Origin: Phycisphaeraceae bacterium | GTDB lineage: Bacteria > Planctomycetota > Phycisphaerae > Phycisphaerales > Phycisphaeraceae | Assembly: GCA_963674705.1 (NCBI GenBank) | Contig: OY771506.1 | Coordinates: 3,808,001-3,872,000 of the forward strand | Length of the DNA: 64,000 nucleotides | Direction of reading: 5' to 3' | Shown: positions 19,231 to 29,394 of the stretch, piece by piece | Position numbering within the stretch: the first letter of the stretch is position 1 | Layout: the number at the start of each line of letters is the position of its first letter | Position numbers and translations under genes: made by a program | The notes under the pieces: generated by a model | Databases searched by the model: none | Told to the model about the DNA's origin: nothing | What the model saw: the letters and a program-made list of their open reading frames with translations, nothing else

Positions 19231-21321
19231 ATGACGACGTTCCGCCCGCCAAGTGACAAGATCGAACAGAAAGCCATCAACACCATCCGAACCCTGAGTA
19301 TGGACGCCATTCAGGCCGCCAACTCGGGCCACCCCGGCACAGCCATGTCCATGGCCCCCTTGGCTTACCTGCTCTGGAACAAGCACCTGAACTACAACCC
19401 CGCCGACCCGATGTGGGCGAACCGTGATCGCTTCGTCCTCTCGGCCGGGCACGCCTCCATGCTGCTCTACTCCATGCTGCACCTGACCGGCGTCAAGCAG
19501 CTCGATGAAAATGAGGACCCGACCGACGCCCCGGCCGTCAGCCTCGACCAGATCAAGAAGTTCCGCCAGCTTGGTAGCAAATGCCCGGGCCATCCCGAGT
19601 ACCGCTGGACCTCAGGCGTCGAAACCACCACCGGCCCCCTCGGCCAAGGCCTGGCTAACAGCGTCGGTATGGCGATCGCCGGCAAATGGCTGGCTGCTCG
19701 TTATAACAAGCCCGATTTCGAAATCTACAACTACGACACCTTCGCGCTCTGCGGCGACGGCTGCATGATGGAAGGTATCTCCAACGAGGCCGCTTCAATC
19801 GCAGGCCACCTTAAACTCAGCAACCTCTGCTGGATCTACGACAGCAACCGCATCACCATCGAAGGCGACACCGACCTCGCGTTCACCGAAGACGTCGCCG
19901 GCCGCTTCTCCGCGCTGGGCTGGCGGGTCATCAAGGTCGGTGACGCCAACAACCTCGAAATGCTCGATGTCGCGATCAAGCACTTCCGCGAGGAAACCGA
20001 CAAGCCCACGCTGATCATTGTCAAGAGCCACATCGCCTTCGGCGCGCCCAACCTTCAGGACACAGCCGACGCACACGGCGCTCCGCTCGGTGAAGAAGAA
20101 GTCAAACTCACCAAGAAGGGGTACGGCTGGCCCGAAGATGCACAGTTCCTCGTGCCGGATGAAGTGCTCGAACACTTCGCACAAGGCATCGGCAAACGTG
20201 GCACGGAAGCTCAAAACGCATGGTCTGAAAAGTTCAATGTATACAAAGCCAAGCATGCCGACCTTGCATCTCAGATCGAATTGATGCAGAAGGGGCAGTT
20301 GCCCGAGGATTGGGATAGTAAACTGCCTAAGTTCGATGCGGATGCCAAGGGTGTTGCCAGTCGCGCCAGCTCCGGCAAGGTGCTCAACGGCCTGGCGGAA
20401 TGTTACCCATGGCTTATCGGTGGCGCTGCCGACCTCGCACCGTCTACCAAGACATTCCTCAACTTTGATGACGCCGGTACGTTCACCGCTTCGACACCCC
20501 AAGGGCGCAACTTCCACTTCGGTGTCCGCGAACACGCCATGGCATCGATCTGTAACGGCATGGCAACCTGCAAAGTCCGCCCGTACAACTCGGGCTTCTT
20601 CATATTCAGCGACTATGCCCGCCCAGCGATCCGCCTTGCTGCCTTGATGGAAATCCCCGTCATCTATGTCTTCACACACGATTCGATCGGCGTCGGCGAA
20701 GACGGCCCGACCCACCAGCCCGTCGAACACCTCGCTTCGCTCCGCGCGATGCCCGGCCTGATCACACTCCGGCCGGCCGATGCCAACGAAGTCGTCGAAG
20801 CCTGGAAAGTCGTCGCTCAGCTCAAACACGAGCCGGCCGCACTGGTAATGTCGCGGCAGAATCTGCCGACGCTTGACCGCACGGAGTTCGCCTCGGCTGA
20901 GGGCGTCAGCAAGGGTGCGTACATTCTCACCGATGCCGACCTCGGCGACCCCGAAGTTATCTTGATCGGTTCGGGCAGTGAATTGCAACTCTGCGTCGAA
21001 GCCTATCGCCAACTCACCGAAGACGGCGTGCAGGCGCGCGTGGTCAGCATGCCTAGTTGGGAATTGTTCGAGGCTCAGCCTGAAGCATACAAGCAGCAGG
21101 TACTACCCCGTGAATGCAAAGCACGCGTCGCTGTCGAAATGGGTTCGACCTTCGGCTGGGAACGCTACGTCGGCTGCACCGGCGCGATTGTCGGTATGGA
21201 TTCCTTCGGCTCGTCCGCTCCGCTCAAGGACCTGCTCAAGAAGTTCAACTTCACCGCCGAAGCCGTCGTCGAAGCCGCACGTGAGCAATTGGAATGTAAC
21301 GAGAACACACCGGTGGTATAA
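19231..21321 (+). CDS. tkt: Transketolase
   Basis: SGHPG, RDRFVLSAGH, GHPEY, TTGPLGQG, GDGCMMEG, HDSIGVGEDGPTHQP; start ATG 19231. Confidence 0.97.
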   Translation: MTTFRPPSDKIEQKAINTIRTLSMDAIQAANSGHPGTAMSMAPLAYLLWNKHLNYNPADPMWANRDRFVLSAGHASMLLYSMLHLTGVKQLDENEDPTDAPAVSLDQIKKFRQLGSKCPGHPEYRWTSGVETTTGPLGQGLANSVGMAIAGKWLAARYNKPDFEIYNYDTFALCGDGCMMEGISNEAASIAGHLKLSNLCWIYDSNRITIEGDTDLAFTEDVAGRFSALGWRVIKVGDANNLEMLDVAIKHFREETDKPTLIIVKSHIAFGAPNLQDTADAHGAPLGEEEVKLTKKGYGWPEDAQFLVPDEVLEHFAQGIGKRGTEAQNAWSEKFNVYKAKHADLASQIELMQKGQLPEDWDSKLPKFDADAKGVASRASSGKVLNGLAECYPWLIGGAADLAPSTKTFLNFDDAGTFTASTPQGRNFHFGVREHAMASICNGMATCKVRPYNSGFFIFSDYARPAIRLAALMEIPVIYVFTHDSIGVGEDGPTHQPVEHLASLRAMPGLITLRPADANEVVEAWKVVAQLKHEPAALVMSRQNLPTLDRTEFASAEGVSKGAYILTDADLGDPEVILIGSGSELQLCVEAYRQLTEDGVQARVVSMPSWELFEAQPEAYKQQVLPRECKARVAVEMGSTFGWERYVGCTGAIVGMDSFGSSAPLKDLLKKFNFTAEAVVEAAREQLECNENTPVV

Positions 21322-21386
21322 CACGGTGATGTGTAATGTTGGTGTGACAGTCTCACACTGATAAGACAATCCGTTTGGAGGTAAAA

Positions 21387-22544
21387 ATGGCGGTTATCAG
21401 CCGGCTGGGTGCTGTTAGTATTGCGTGTCTTTGTTTGATGGTTGTTATCACTTCAATCGCACAGGCTGAACCGTCTTTCGAATCGCAGGTCCTCTTCGAA
21501 AAAGTGCGCATCCCCAGGCTGATCGTCGCGCAGGACGGCAGCGTGCTTGCGTTTGCCGACAGTTGCCGTGTGTTGCGTCGCAGTGAAGATCAAGGCAAGA
21601 CATGGAGCGAGTCTGTCAAAGTCGGCAATGACGCGACCGGTAACGTCGTCCTCGATGAAACCACCGGTGACCTGCTCATCGTCAACGGCAAAGGGTATCT
21701 CTACCGTAGCCAGGACCACGGCAAAACATGGGAACGTGAAGAGATCTCTTTCAACCCCAACGCCGAAGGTTATGGCGTGCCCGACAACGTTCCCGTCAAC
21801 CTGAATTGTTCCGAGTCAGGCATCACACTCCAGTACGGCGAACACAAGGGCCGGCTTCTCATGCCCGTCCGCCTGCAACCGCCGCACGGCGATAACGCTC
21901 AGGAATACTGGGTCTACGACTACAACTCTGCGATCTACAGCGACGATCACGGCAAAACCTGGCAGGTCAGCGACCCCGTGCAAAGCGGTACCGGTGAAGG
22001 CACGCTCGCTGAACTCTCCGATGGCAGGCTCTACTTCAATTCACGCAGCCACCTGTCCATCGATCACCGCAGACAGATCGCATGGAGCCGTGACGGCGGG
22101 CACCGCTGGACCGATTGGTACGTCACCGAAGATCTGCGCGAAGTCGGCCAGCCTTTCTACTTCAAGTACGGCAGCAAACCCAGCTACGGCTGCAACGCCG
22201 GACTCGTACGTCTGCCTCTTGAAGTAACCGACGGTAAGGACGTACTGCTCTACAGTACACCCGACAATCCCGGCAGCGAACGGCTCAAAATGACCGTCTG
22301 GGCCAGCTTCGATCAAACACAGACATGGCCAGTCAAACGCCTGGTATATGAAGGCCCCAGCGCCTACTCCACTCTCGCCGCCGACAAGGACGGCTGGATA
22401 TACCTGATGTACGAGAACGGCGACAAGAAACTCTACGAACGCCTCACCTTCGTCCGTTTCAACCTCGATTGGTTAGTCGATGGCGAAGACTGGCACGCCA
22501 TGCTTATGCCGGATGCTACGGACGCAACAGCCGATCCACAATAA
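21387..22544 (+). CDS. Secreted sialidase-family (GH33-like, BNR/Asp-box) protein
   Basis: Signal peptide, RIP motif, Asp boxes SEDQGKTW, SQDHGKTW, SDDHGKTW, SRDGGHRW; C-terminal AYS; GGAGG upstream. Confidence 0.85.
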   Translation: MAVISRLGAVSIACLCLMVVITSIAQAEPSFESQVLFEKVRIPRLIVAQDGSVLAFADSCRVLRRSEDQGKTWSESVKVGNDATGNVVLDETTGDLLIVNGKGYLYRSQDHGKTWEREEISFNPNAEGYGVPDNVPVNLNCSESGITLQYGEHKGRLLMPVRLQPPHGDNAQEYWVYDYNSAIYSDDHGKTWQVSDPVQSGTGEGTLAELSDGRLYFNSRSHLSIDHRRQIAWSRDGGHRWTDWYVTEDLREVGQPFYFKYGSKPSYGCNAGLVRLPLEVTDGKDVLLYSTPDNPGSERLKMTVWASFDQTQTWPVKRLVYEGPSAYSTLAADKDGWIYLMYENGDKKLYERLTFVRFNLDWLVDGEDWHAMLMPDATDATADPQ

Positions 22545-22588
22545 AGCCAATCATCTCGCCGCCCCGGTCGAGAACCTGCTTCCACACA

Positions 22589-22613
22589 TAGCCCGACCAT
22601 TCTGATCGGGTTT
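22589..22613. repeat. REP-like palindrome family B (cccgacca-ttc-tggtcggg)
   Basis: Near-identical copies at 34379-34403 and, inverted, at 57940-57964. Confidence 0.75.
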
Positions 22614-22628
22614 CTTCTTTGGTTGTTG

Positions 22629-23621
22629 TTAACAACATACCGCCGCTTGCTCTTTGGCCATCCCCGTAAACAGTTCCGTCGAGAAGTATCTTTCCATCCG
22701 GTCGCAGAACACGGTAACAACCTTCGCATTCGGTCCAAGTTCTTTCGCCGCTTCGACCGCCGCCGCGTAATTCAAACCCGAACTCGGCCCGACCGGGAAG
22801 CCCCGCTTGATCAATTTGCGTGTCGTATCAATCGCCAGCCGATCGTCGACCTCAACCTCGACCAGCCCCGGCATATCGTCCGGGTTATAAATCTTCGACA
22901 TGTTATCCAGCACGCCCGGGATGCAGCTCGAATAGCTGCAATGCTCCGTATCATGGAAACATCCCGCACACGCCGCCGGCGTTCCGCCATGACTCACAGG
23001 CCTCGCCGCATAAGGCTTCGCACAGCAGCCGTGATCATTCAACCCGTTGTACAGACCAACCAGCGTCCCGCCCGTGCCGACACCGCTCACGACTGCGTCC
23101 ACGCACTCACCCGGTATCTGTGTCACGATCTCGCGAGCTGTGTACAGACGATGTGCCTGGGCGTTGTCAGTGTTTTCAAACTGGCGGGGCAAATAAGCGC
23201 CTTCCTTGATCGCCAACTCACGAGACACGCGCACCGAACCCATCACGCCTTCTTCACGCGGGCTCAGCACGACCTCACCGCCGTAAGCTTTGATCATCAT
23301 CGATCGCTCATTACTCACGCCCTCCGGCATCACCGCGATGAACCGTAAGCCCAACTGCGAAGACACCATCGCCATCGCGATGCTCGTCGATCCGCTGGAT
23401 GCCTCGACCACGGCCGACCCCTTGCGGAGTTCACCCGCGCGCCAGGCCTTGGTCAGGATATACGTCGCGATCCGGTCCTTTGTCGACCCGCTGGGATTGA
23501 AGAACTCCAGCTTGCACCAGATCGCCGGCCCACCCGCCTCCAGCGTTACCGGCACCAACGGCGTATAAGGCGTCGCCCCCAAATAAAACCCATCCTCCGG
23601 CAAATGCTGCGGCTCCATCAT
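22629..23621 (-). CDS. PLP-dependent cysteine synthase family protein
   Basis: KLEFFNPSGSTKDR (PLP Lys), EASSGST, GVGTGGT, GPSSG, DRMERYFST. Confidence 0.85.
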   Translation of the reverse strand: MMEPQHLPEDGFYLGATPYTPLVPVTLEAGGPAIWCKLEFFNPSGSTKDRIATYILTKAWRAGELRKGSAVVEASSGSTSIAMAMVSSQLGLRFIAVMPEGVSNERSMMIKAYGGEVVLSPREEGVMGSVRVSRELAIKEGAYLPRQFENTDNAQAHRLYTAREIVTQIPGECVDAVVSGVGTGGTLVGLYNGLNDHGCCAKPYAARPVSHGGTPAACAGCFHDTEHCSYSSCIPGVLDNMSKIYNPDDMPGLVEVEVDDRLAIDTTRKLIKRGFPVGPSSGLNYAAAVEAAKELGPNAKVVTVFCDRMERYFSTELFTGMAKEQAAVCC

Positions 23622-23672
23622 GCTGATCTCCCATGGTTAGTTGCCCGTAGTATAAGCGCAGGAGCTGGAGAA

Positions 23673-23853
23673 GGGTGTGGGGTTTGGGGTGAAGGGTGTG
23701 GGGTCAAGGCGGGAATACTTGATTCAGTCGCCGGATGCCCCTTATCGAGACATGAGCATCAACAACTATCCGCCATTCTCATTCGACATTCGAGCATTCG
23801 TGCATTTTTCCGCACCCTACACCCAACACCCTACACCCAACACCCTAAACCCT
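23673..23853. repeat. Inverted heptamer arrays (gggtgtg)n ... (cacccta/cacccaa)n
   Basis: 23673-23703 and 23813-23853 are roughly complementary arrays of 7-bp units. Confidence 0.7.
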
Positions 23854-23908
23854 ACATCCTGCTCCCACTAGCCCCCGACCTCCGAAACAGATACAATCCC
23901 ACTCCCCA

Positions 23909-23981
23909 GCGGGCGTAGCTCAATGGATAGAGCATCGGTCTTCGGAACCGAGGGTTGGGGGTTCGAGTCCTCCCGCCCGCG
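23909..23981 (+). tRNA. tRNA-Arg(TCG), CCA not encoded
   Basis: Acceptor GCGGGCG/CGCCCGC, D-arm TAGCTCAATGGATAGAGC, anticodon arm TCGGT-CT-TCG-GA-ACCGA, T-loop GTTCGAG; TACAAT just upstream. Confidence 0.95.
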
Positions 23982-23985
23982 TTTT

Positions 23986-24441
23986 TCAACTCTGTGTATC
24001 TCTAACGATCGCTTCGCCACATTCCGGGCAAGTACTGGAATCCTGACTGCCGCGAAGGTCGTAGCCGCAACCGGTACATTGACCGTGCTCAATCCTGCGT
24101 GGCCACTTCTTCATGATATGCAGGACAGGCCAGGCTATTAGCACAATAAACGGGAACCACATCGGAATAACGACAACCCATCCATTGATCACAGGCAATG
24201 TTTTGTACTCAAAACTCCAAATATCAAGAATGAAGGCTAATCTGGGCAGCTCTGGTCCGTGATATGCAATCACAAGCTTCCATGAAAGTGTTCTGTCATA
24301 CGTAATGATGGTGTCGCCATGTAGTAAATCGATCATCAGCGTGGTCGTTGAACTAACCGGCCACCACGTCTCAACATGGTAAATCAATGAGATCCCCCAA
24401 AGCACACCCATTAATATGCCGACGACCGTCACAATAATCAT
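23986..24441 (-). CDS. Membrane protein with C-terminal zinc ribbon
   Basis: Two hydrophobic segments; CTGCGYDLRG...CPECG. Confidence 0.65.
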   Translation of the reverse strand: MIIVTVVGILMGVLWGISLIYHVETWWPVSSTTTLMIDLLHGDTIITYDRTLSWKLVIAYHGPELPRLAFILDIWSFEYKTLPVINGWVVVIPMWFPFIVLIAWPVLHIMKKWPRRIEHGQCTGCGYDLRGSQDSSTCPECGEAIVRDTQS

Positions 24442-24488
24442 TGTGCCGCGATAAACCCCAGCCGTGTTTTATTTGCCTCCGACTCATA

Positions 24489-25979
24489 TCACTTCTCCCC
24501 CGGCCACTTCCAGTTCGGATGGCGGATATACGTCAGCGCCTCCTTCACACTCACGCCGTCATTCGCCTGCTTGCCAAGCATCTGGCAGCGTTCATGCCAT
24601 TTATCGCGTTCCCACTTGCCGGGCTTGTATTGCTTGCGCGTCGGGACCTTGTTGCCTACGAGCATGACGAGGAAGCCCTCGACGCCGAAGTCGTTGACGA
24701 AGTCGGGAACAAGGTGGCGGATCAGCCTGGATGGACCGTTCTCTTCGTAAAAATCCAGCAGGTGTTGGATATTGGATAGGTCGGTTTCCTCCCGGCAGCG
24801 CTGCCAGAAGGGGGTATCCAGCGACGTGTTGAACTTGTAGTGAAGCCCAAGAAAGTCGCGGATCAACAGCCACTCTTTTTCGCGCAGGTCGTTGTACATC
24901 GAACGCATCGTCGCGGAGTGTTCGAGCGTCGATTGCTGGAGCATCACCCCGATCGTTTTACACTGGTTGCAGATCACCATCAATGCCGTTGCTTCCAAAG
25001 GCTCAACAAATCCCGCCGAGTTGCCGATCGCGACCACGTTCTTCACCCATGACCGTTTCCTGAACCCGGAAGTAAACGGCACGAAGCGCGGCTCACCCGG
25101 CACCTTCGGGTTCTTCTTCTTAAATGCAGCAAACGCCTCATCATCGCTGATCATATCGCTGCAATAAACGTAACCGCGGTTAATGAAGTGTTCATGTTCG
25201 ATCTGCCAGCACCAGCCGCAATCCATCTGCTCCGCCGTCGTGTAAGGCAGGATCGGCTCGTTCGTCCGCTCCCACCCGCCGACCACCGCACGATTGCAAA
25301 ACAGTGTCTTATCAAAACTCACGAACCGCTCATCCAGCACGCCACTGATCAACTCGTCCCTGAATCCGCTGGCATCGACGAAGAAGTCCGCTTCGATCCG
25401 CTGGCCGTCTTCAAGATGGATCGCGGCGATGCCTTGCTCCCCTTGCTCAGCCCGTGTCATCTTCCCATCGGTGAATTCGATCCCCGCCAAGCGAGCTTCT
25501 TCTTCAAGCGTCCGCACCAGGTTCTCGTTTTCGATATGAAACGAATAAGCGGAAGTGATCTGCGGCGCACGGTTAGGCAGACGCGGAAAAGCCTTGCCCG
25601 CCTCCATCAACGCCGCCGGCATCGATCCGTTGGAAAACTGATCCATGCAGAAAAAACCGTTCGGCACCTTCAGCTCGTTAAATTCCTGATCGAGCTGCTC
25701 GCCAAACGCATAGTAAAACGTGCCCCGAGGCCCCCAGCGAAACCGGATCCCCCGCTTAAACGTCGGCTTCGCCTTCTCATAAAACCGCCTCGGTGCAATC
25801 CCCATCATGCCGAAAAGATGCCCGACAAAATTAGGCGTGCTCCCTTCGCCCACCCCGATCACACCAATATCCGGGTCACGGACGATATGTACGTTGAGTT
25901 GCGGCAGCTTGCGCTTAAGTGTTATTGCCGCAATCAGGCCCGCACTGCCGGAGCCTAAGACAATCACTTTATGTATCAT
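24489..25979 (-). CDS. Flavin-dependent halogenase, tryptophan halogenase family
   Basis: GSGSAG, IGVGEGS, catalytic-Lys region TFKRGI, DASG, WCWQI, GFVEPLEAT. Confidence 0.88.
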   Translation of the reverse strand: MIHKVIVLGSGSAGLIAAITLKRKLPQLNVHIVRDPDIGVIGVGEGSTPNFVGHLFGMMGIAPRRFYEKAKPTFKRGIRFRWGPRGTFYYAFGEQLDQEFNELKVPNGFFCMDQFSNGSMPAALMEAGKAFPRLPNRAPQITSAYSFHIENENLVRTLEEEARLAGIEFTDGKMTRAEQGEQGIAAIHLEDGQRIEADFFVDASGFRDELISGVLDERFVSFDKTLFCNRAVVGGWERTNEPILPYTTAEQMDCGWCWQIEHEHFINRGYVYCSDMISDDEAFAAFKKKNPKVPGEPRFVPFTSGFRKRSWVKNVVAIGNSAGFVEPLEATALMVICNQCKTIGVMLQQSTLEHSATMRSMYNDLREKEWLLIRDFLGLHYKFNTSLDTPFWQRCREETDLSNIQHLLDFYEENGPSRLIRHLVPDFVNDFGVEGFLVMLVGNKVPTRKQYKPGKWERDKWHERCQMLGKQANDGVSVKEALTYIRHPNWKWPGEK

Positions 25980-26072
25980 CCCACGCCCTCCAACTATGAT
26001 CAAACAAACGATATGTAAGCTTCTGAACTATATGTAATCTACCAGCTTGCTGGCAGTGTTATCAAGTATGTA

Positions 26073-26552
26073 CTAATACGAGAATGCGTGTTCAATATAA
26101 AACACGTAATCACTGCCTTCTTCTGAAACAGTCATCCAGGTATAGAAGTCCTTCTGGGCGTTCTCATAAAGATTTTCAGCGATGACCCGACGCGGCGCCC
26201 ACCACTTTAAGCCTGCCCCGGGAGGTGGTGATACTTCAAATGAGGCGGTAGGCATAGCATTCAATTGCTGCACAAGTGGCTGGCCTGCCTGTGCCGGGAC
26301 GGCTACCCTAATATCCCAGCCGGGATCGACATTAAACCAGATGTTCTGATGTGTGATGGATGCAGTGTTCGGAAAGATTATTCCGGTTTGATTCCTGACT
26401 TCATCTAGACTGATTCGTGTTGCTGCGAAGTACAGGTATGCAACTAAACACACCGTCAATATTAATCCGGTTGCTATGTAGATAAGAATGCGTAATGAGA
26501 CACTTTTCGCCTTCTTATTCGCTTCATCTACATGAGAGATTGTCTGACTCAT
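26073..26552 (-). CDS. Hypothetical single-pass membrane protein
   Basis: 159-aa ORF, one TM helix, visibly AT-richer than neighbours. Confidence 0.55.
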   Translation of the reverse strand: MSQTISHVDEANKKAKSVSLRILIYIATGLILTVCLVAYLYFAATRISLDEVRNQTGIIFPNTASITHQNIWFNVDPGWDIRVAVPAQAGQPLVQQLNAMPTASFEVSPPPGAGLKWWAPRRVIAENLYENAQKDFYTWMTVSEEGSDYVFYIEHAFSY

Positions 26553-26607
26553 TATTACCCGCCCGGATAGAATAGCGCATTAATCAGTAGAACGACAATT
26601 ACATTTG

Positions 26608-26643
26608 GCCCTCACTCCGGCCCTCTCCCAGGGGGAGAGGGGG
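26608..26643. repeat. REP-like palindrome family A (ccctcaccccggccctctccc...gggagaggg)
   Basis: Related copies at 34313-34348, 44891-44927, 44976-45011, 51703-51741. Confidence 0.8.
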
Positions 26644-26668
26644 TAAAACATCTAGACTATCAAGACAT

Positions 26669-28381
26669 TTACAACGGCCAGAGATAATCCGGTGTGTAGT
26701 TTTCTTCGCCCGGCAGCGACAGGGGTTTGCCGCCTTCGGCGTGGGATTTTTCGGCTAGTTCGAAGATGCCGATGGTGCGTCTGGCCTGGTCGGCGGTGAC
26801 GATCAGGGGTTCGTCCATGATCAGGTGGTTGGCGACGTTCTGGTAGTAGCTGTGCCAGTTGGATTGCCAGGGGTCGAGTTTGGCTTCGCGTTTCGAGCCG
26901 TCTTTTTGCTGTACGAGAGTGACGGGGCCGCCGGGGCCGTCGTTGCGCAGGCCGCCGGTCGTGCCGAGGATGCGCCAGCCGGCACGGGGGATCGCGGCGA
27001 GCGTGCCTTGCTCGATTGTTGCGGTGATGCCGCCTTCGAAGCGGATGTTGACCAGCGCGTAATCTTCGTTGCTCGTGTTGTGCCAGACATGTTTGTGCAG
27101 ACAGCCCGAGACGCTTTCGATGCGGCGGGGGATGAAGTTGAGCAGCCAGTCGACGTAGTGCGCGCCCCAGTCGTAGAGCACACCGCCGGAGATCGGCTTG
27201 CTGGCACGCCACCAGTTATTCGGTTGATGCCAACCCGCGCTCGCTGCATCAGCGTGGTAGATATCACCGATCTCGCCGGCCCGCACGAGCTTGAGCATCT
27301 GCTGGAAGTCGCCATCCCACCGCCGATTGTGGAAGCACGACAGCATCGTCCCCGCTTCTTCTGCAGCGGCGATCATTGCGTCCGCTTCTTCAAGCGTGAT
27401 ACAGAAGGGTTTCTCCGTCACAACGTGCTTGCCCGCTTTGCTCGCAGCGATGCACACCTCGGCATGGATGTTGTGTGGCAGAATAATAATGACCAGGTCG
27501 ACCTTATCATCCTTTAGCAAATCCTGGTACTTCGTATACGTGCTGATGTGATCGCCAAGCTCGGTTTTCGCATGTTTGATGCGCTGCTGATCGACATCGC
27601 AGACGGCGACCGTCTTGCAGCCGGGTTGTTTGTTTAGCGCTTCACCGTGGATCTTACCCATACTGAACGCGCCGCCGTAGCCAATGATGCCGACGCCGAT
27701 GGTCTTGTCGAAAGTTTCGCCGCTGACGATGCGCAGGCAGCGTTCAGCCATGCGCAGGATATGCGGGCTGTTCATTGCTTGTGCCGAACCCCCGCAGGCA
27801 ATGTAAGCGAATGTGCCTTTACCGGCATCCTGAGTCAGACCAACAGGCGTATCCCGGCCGTCGATATGGCTGACCGCAAACACCGTCGCGCCTTCACTAG
27901 GCTCGATCGCCAGCAAGGTGTCCGCCACATTAAAATCATCACAGCGTAGCGCCGCGGCATGCCCCGCAGTTTTCGCTGCCTCTGCAAATCGCACCTTAAA
28001 ATCAAACACGATCGGCGAACGGCCCTTCACCGTCACTCCCATCAACTCCTTCAGCGACTTCTGCCGGGCAAGCAGATCGAGCGAGTCATGCATGACAACC
28101 AGCCCGCCGCCGCCTTGAACAAACTTCACCAATCCCTCGGCATGAGCATCAGGCAGCGCCTCGCCCTGGCCGGTCATGACGAGCACTGCATCGAAGTCGC
28201 TCTCCGCAAGATTCGCAAGCGCCGGTGCGCCGTTGTTTGTGATACTGACGACACTGACAGAAAACCGTCCGGTCGCTTCGAGTTTCTCAGCCCAGGACGC
28301 GGCAGCTTGCGCGGCGGGGGAGGTGCGTTCGGTACCGGTCAGCAGCAGGATATGGCGGGTAGCGCGTTCGGAAACTGGCAT
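26669..28381 (-). CDS. ThuA-like domain fused to Gfo/Idh/MocA oxidoreductase
   Basis: FVQGGGGLVVMH; GIIGYG, HVVTEKP, FHNRRWD, GGVLYDWGAHYVD. Confidence 0.85.
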   Translation of the reverse strand: MPVSERATRHILLLTGTERTSPAAQAAASWAEKLEATGRFSVSVVSITNNGAPALANLAESDFDAVLVMTGQGEALPDAHAEGLVKFVQGGGGLVVMHDSLDLLARQKSLKELMGVTVKGRSPIVFDFKVRFAEAAKTAGHAAALRCDDFNVADTLLAIEPSEGATVFAVSHIDGRDTPVGLTQDAGKGTFAYIACGGSAQAMNSPHILRMAERCLRIVSGETFDKTIGVGIIGYGGAFSMGKIHGEALNKQPGCKTVAVCDVDQQRIKHAKTELGDHISTYTKYQDLLKDDKVDLVIIILPHNIHAEVCIAASKAGKHVVTEKPFCITLEEADAMIAAAEEAGTMLSCFHNRRWDGDFQQMLKLVRAGEIGDIYHADAASAGWHQPNNWWRASKPISGGVLYDWGAHYVDWLLNFIPRRIESVSGCLHKHVWHNTSNEDYALVNIRFEGGITATIEQGTLAAIPRAGWRILGTTGGLRNDGPGGPVTLVQQKDGSKREAKLDPWQSNWHSYYQNVANHLIMDEPLIVTADQARRTIGIFELAEKSHAEGGKPLSLPGEENYTPDYLWPL

Positions 28382-28495
28382 ATGCGGATCACTCCATAGG
28401 TGAAAGTCGTGTGTGATGGCTGACACGCAGCGTGGGCTGGTGTAAGCGGTTACAGATTGTCGCAGGTATCTGCCAGCTTTCAACTCGACCTGATG

Positions 28496-29128
28496 TCAGG
28501 CACTTTTCGAAGTTGAATCGAATGTCGGTGAGAGCTGGTGGATGGCCAGGCGGATGCCTTCCGGGTCGAGGCTGCCGGCCGACAGTCCCGCTTCATCGCA
28601 AGATCGAGGCATGCCGTAGACAGCACAGGATTCCTTGTTCTGCGTGTAGATGATCCCGCCGGATTGCACGATCCGGGTCGCGCCTATCAGGCCATCCTTG
28701 CCGATCCCGGTCATGACGATACCGAGGACGCGGCCGGGGAAAGCCACGTCGCAAGAATCGAACAGCTCATCCACGGACGGTTTGTACGGGAGGTTGGCGG
28801 GCTGATCGCTGATACGGATGCTCAGGCGTCCGCCGGCCGACTTGACGATCCGCATGTGCATCCGGCCCTTGCCGAGATACACCGTGCCCGGGAACACGGG
28901 TTGGCCATCCTCCGCTTCGACCACGGTCAAGGCGGATACCTGGTCCATCGTGACCGCCAGGTCATGTGTGAATCTGGGGGGAAGATGCTGCGCGATGAGG
29001 ATCGGGACCGGCAGGTCGGCGGGCAGGCCCGCGATGATATTCTGCACAAGATTGGGCGCCCCCGTGCTCGAGCCAATGGCTACAACAGCAAAACGGTTCG
29101 GCTCGAATTGCAGGGGTCTATCAGGCAT
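28496..29128 (-). CDS. cheB: Stand-alone CheB methylesterase domain (no receiver domain)
   Basis: Ser/His/Asp triad motifs GSSTG, QHLP, MTGIGKDG; KPSVD, VYGMP. Confidence 0.9.
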   Translation of the reverse strand: MPDRPLQFEPNRFAVVAIGSSTGAPNLVQNIIAGLPADLPVPILIAQHLPPRFTHDLAVTMDQVSALTVVEAEDGQPVFPGTVYLGKGRMHMRIVKSAGGRLSIRISDQPANLPYKPSVDELFDSCDVAFPGRVLGIVMTGIGKDGLIGATRIVQSGGIIYTQNKESCAVYGMPRSCDEAGLSAGSLDPEGIRLAIHQLSPTFDSTSKSA

Positions 29129-29394
29129 CTCTCAGAATCATCATCGGGTTGCTCTATCCTCCTTAAGATCGGCCCGAATTTCCTATCAGTCCTGTCTATA
29201 ACTGGATTTGTGACAAAACCGGCCTGCATTCGTGGTTTTTTACTTGGCGCGACCCCACATTTGGCGTTATAGTTATCGGAGTGTCGTGAGTCATTTTTCG
29301 CGTCACCTCTTAGTTGCTGTTTCAGGTAAGGTCTAGTCTGACCGGCCATACAAAAAGGAATGATTAGCAGATAGTCTTGTGTTAAGATGCGGGG

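Noticed and set aside
23673..23853. Short tandem repeats as a CRISPR array (also 9513-9620 and 55918-55949)
   Set aside because: 7-bp degenerate units with no unique spacers, and no cas genes
23909..26570. Integrative element or prophage at tRNA-Arg
   Set aside because: No integrase; only an 8-bp cccgcccg match near 26558, too short for an att site
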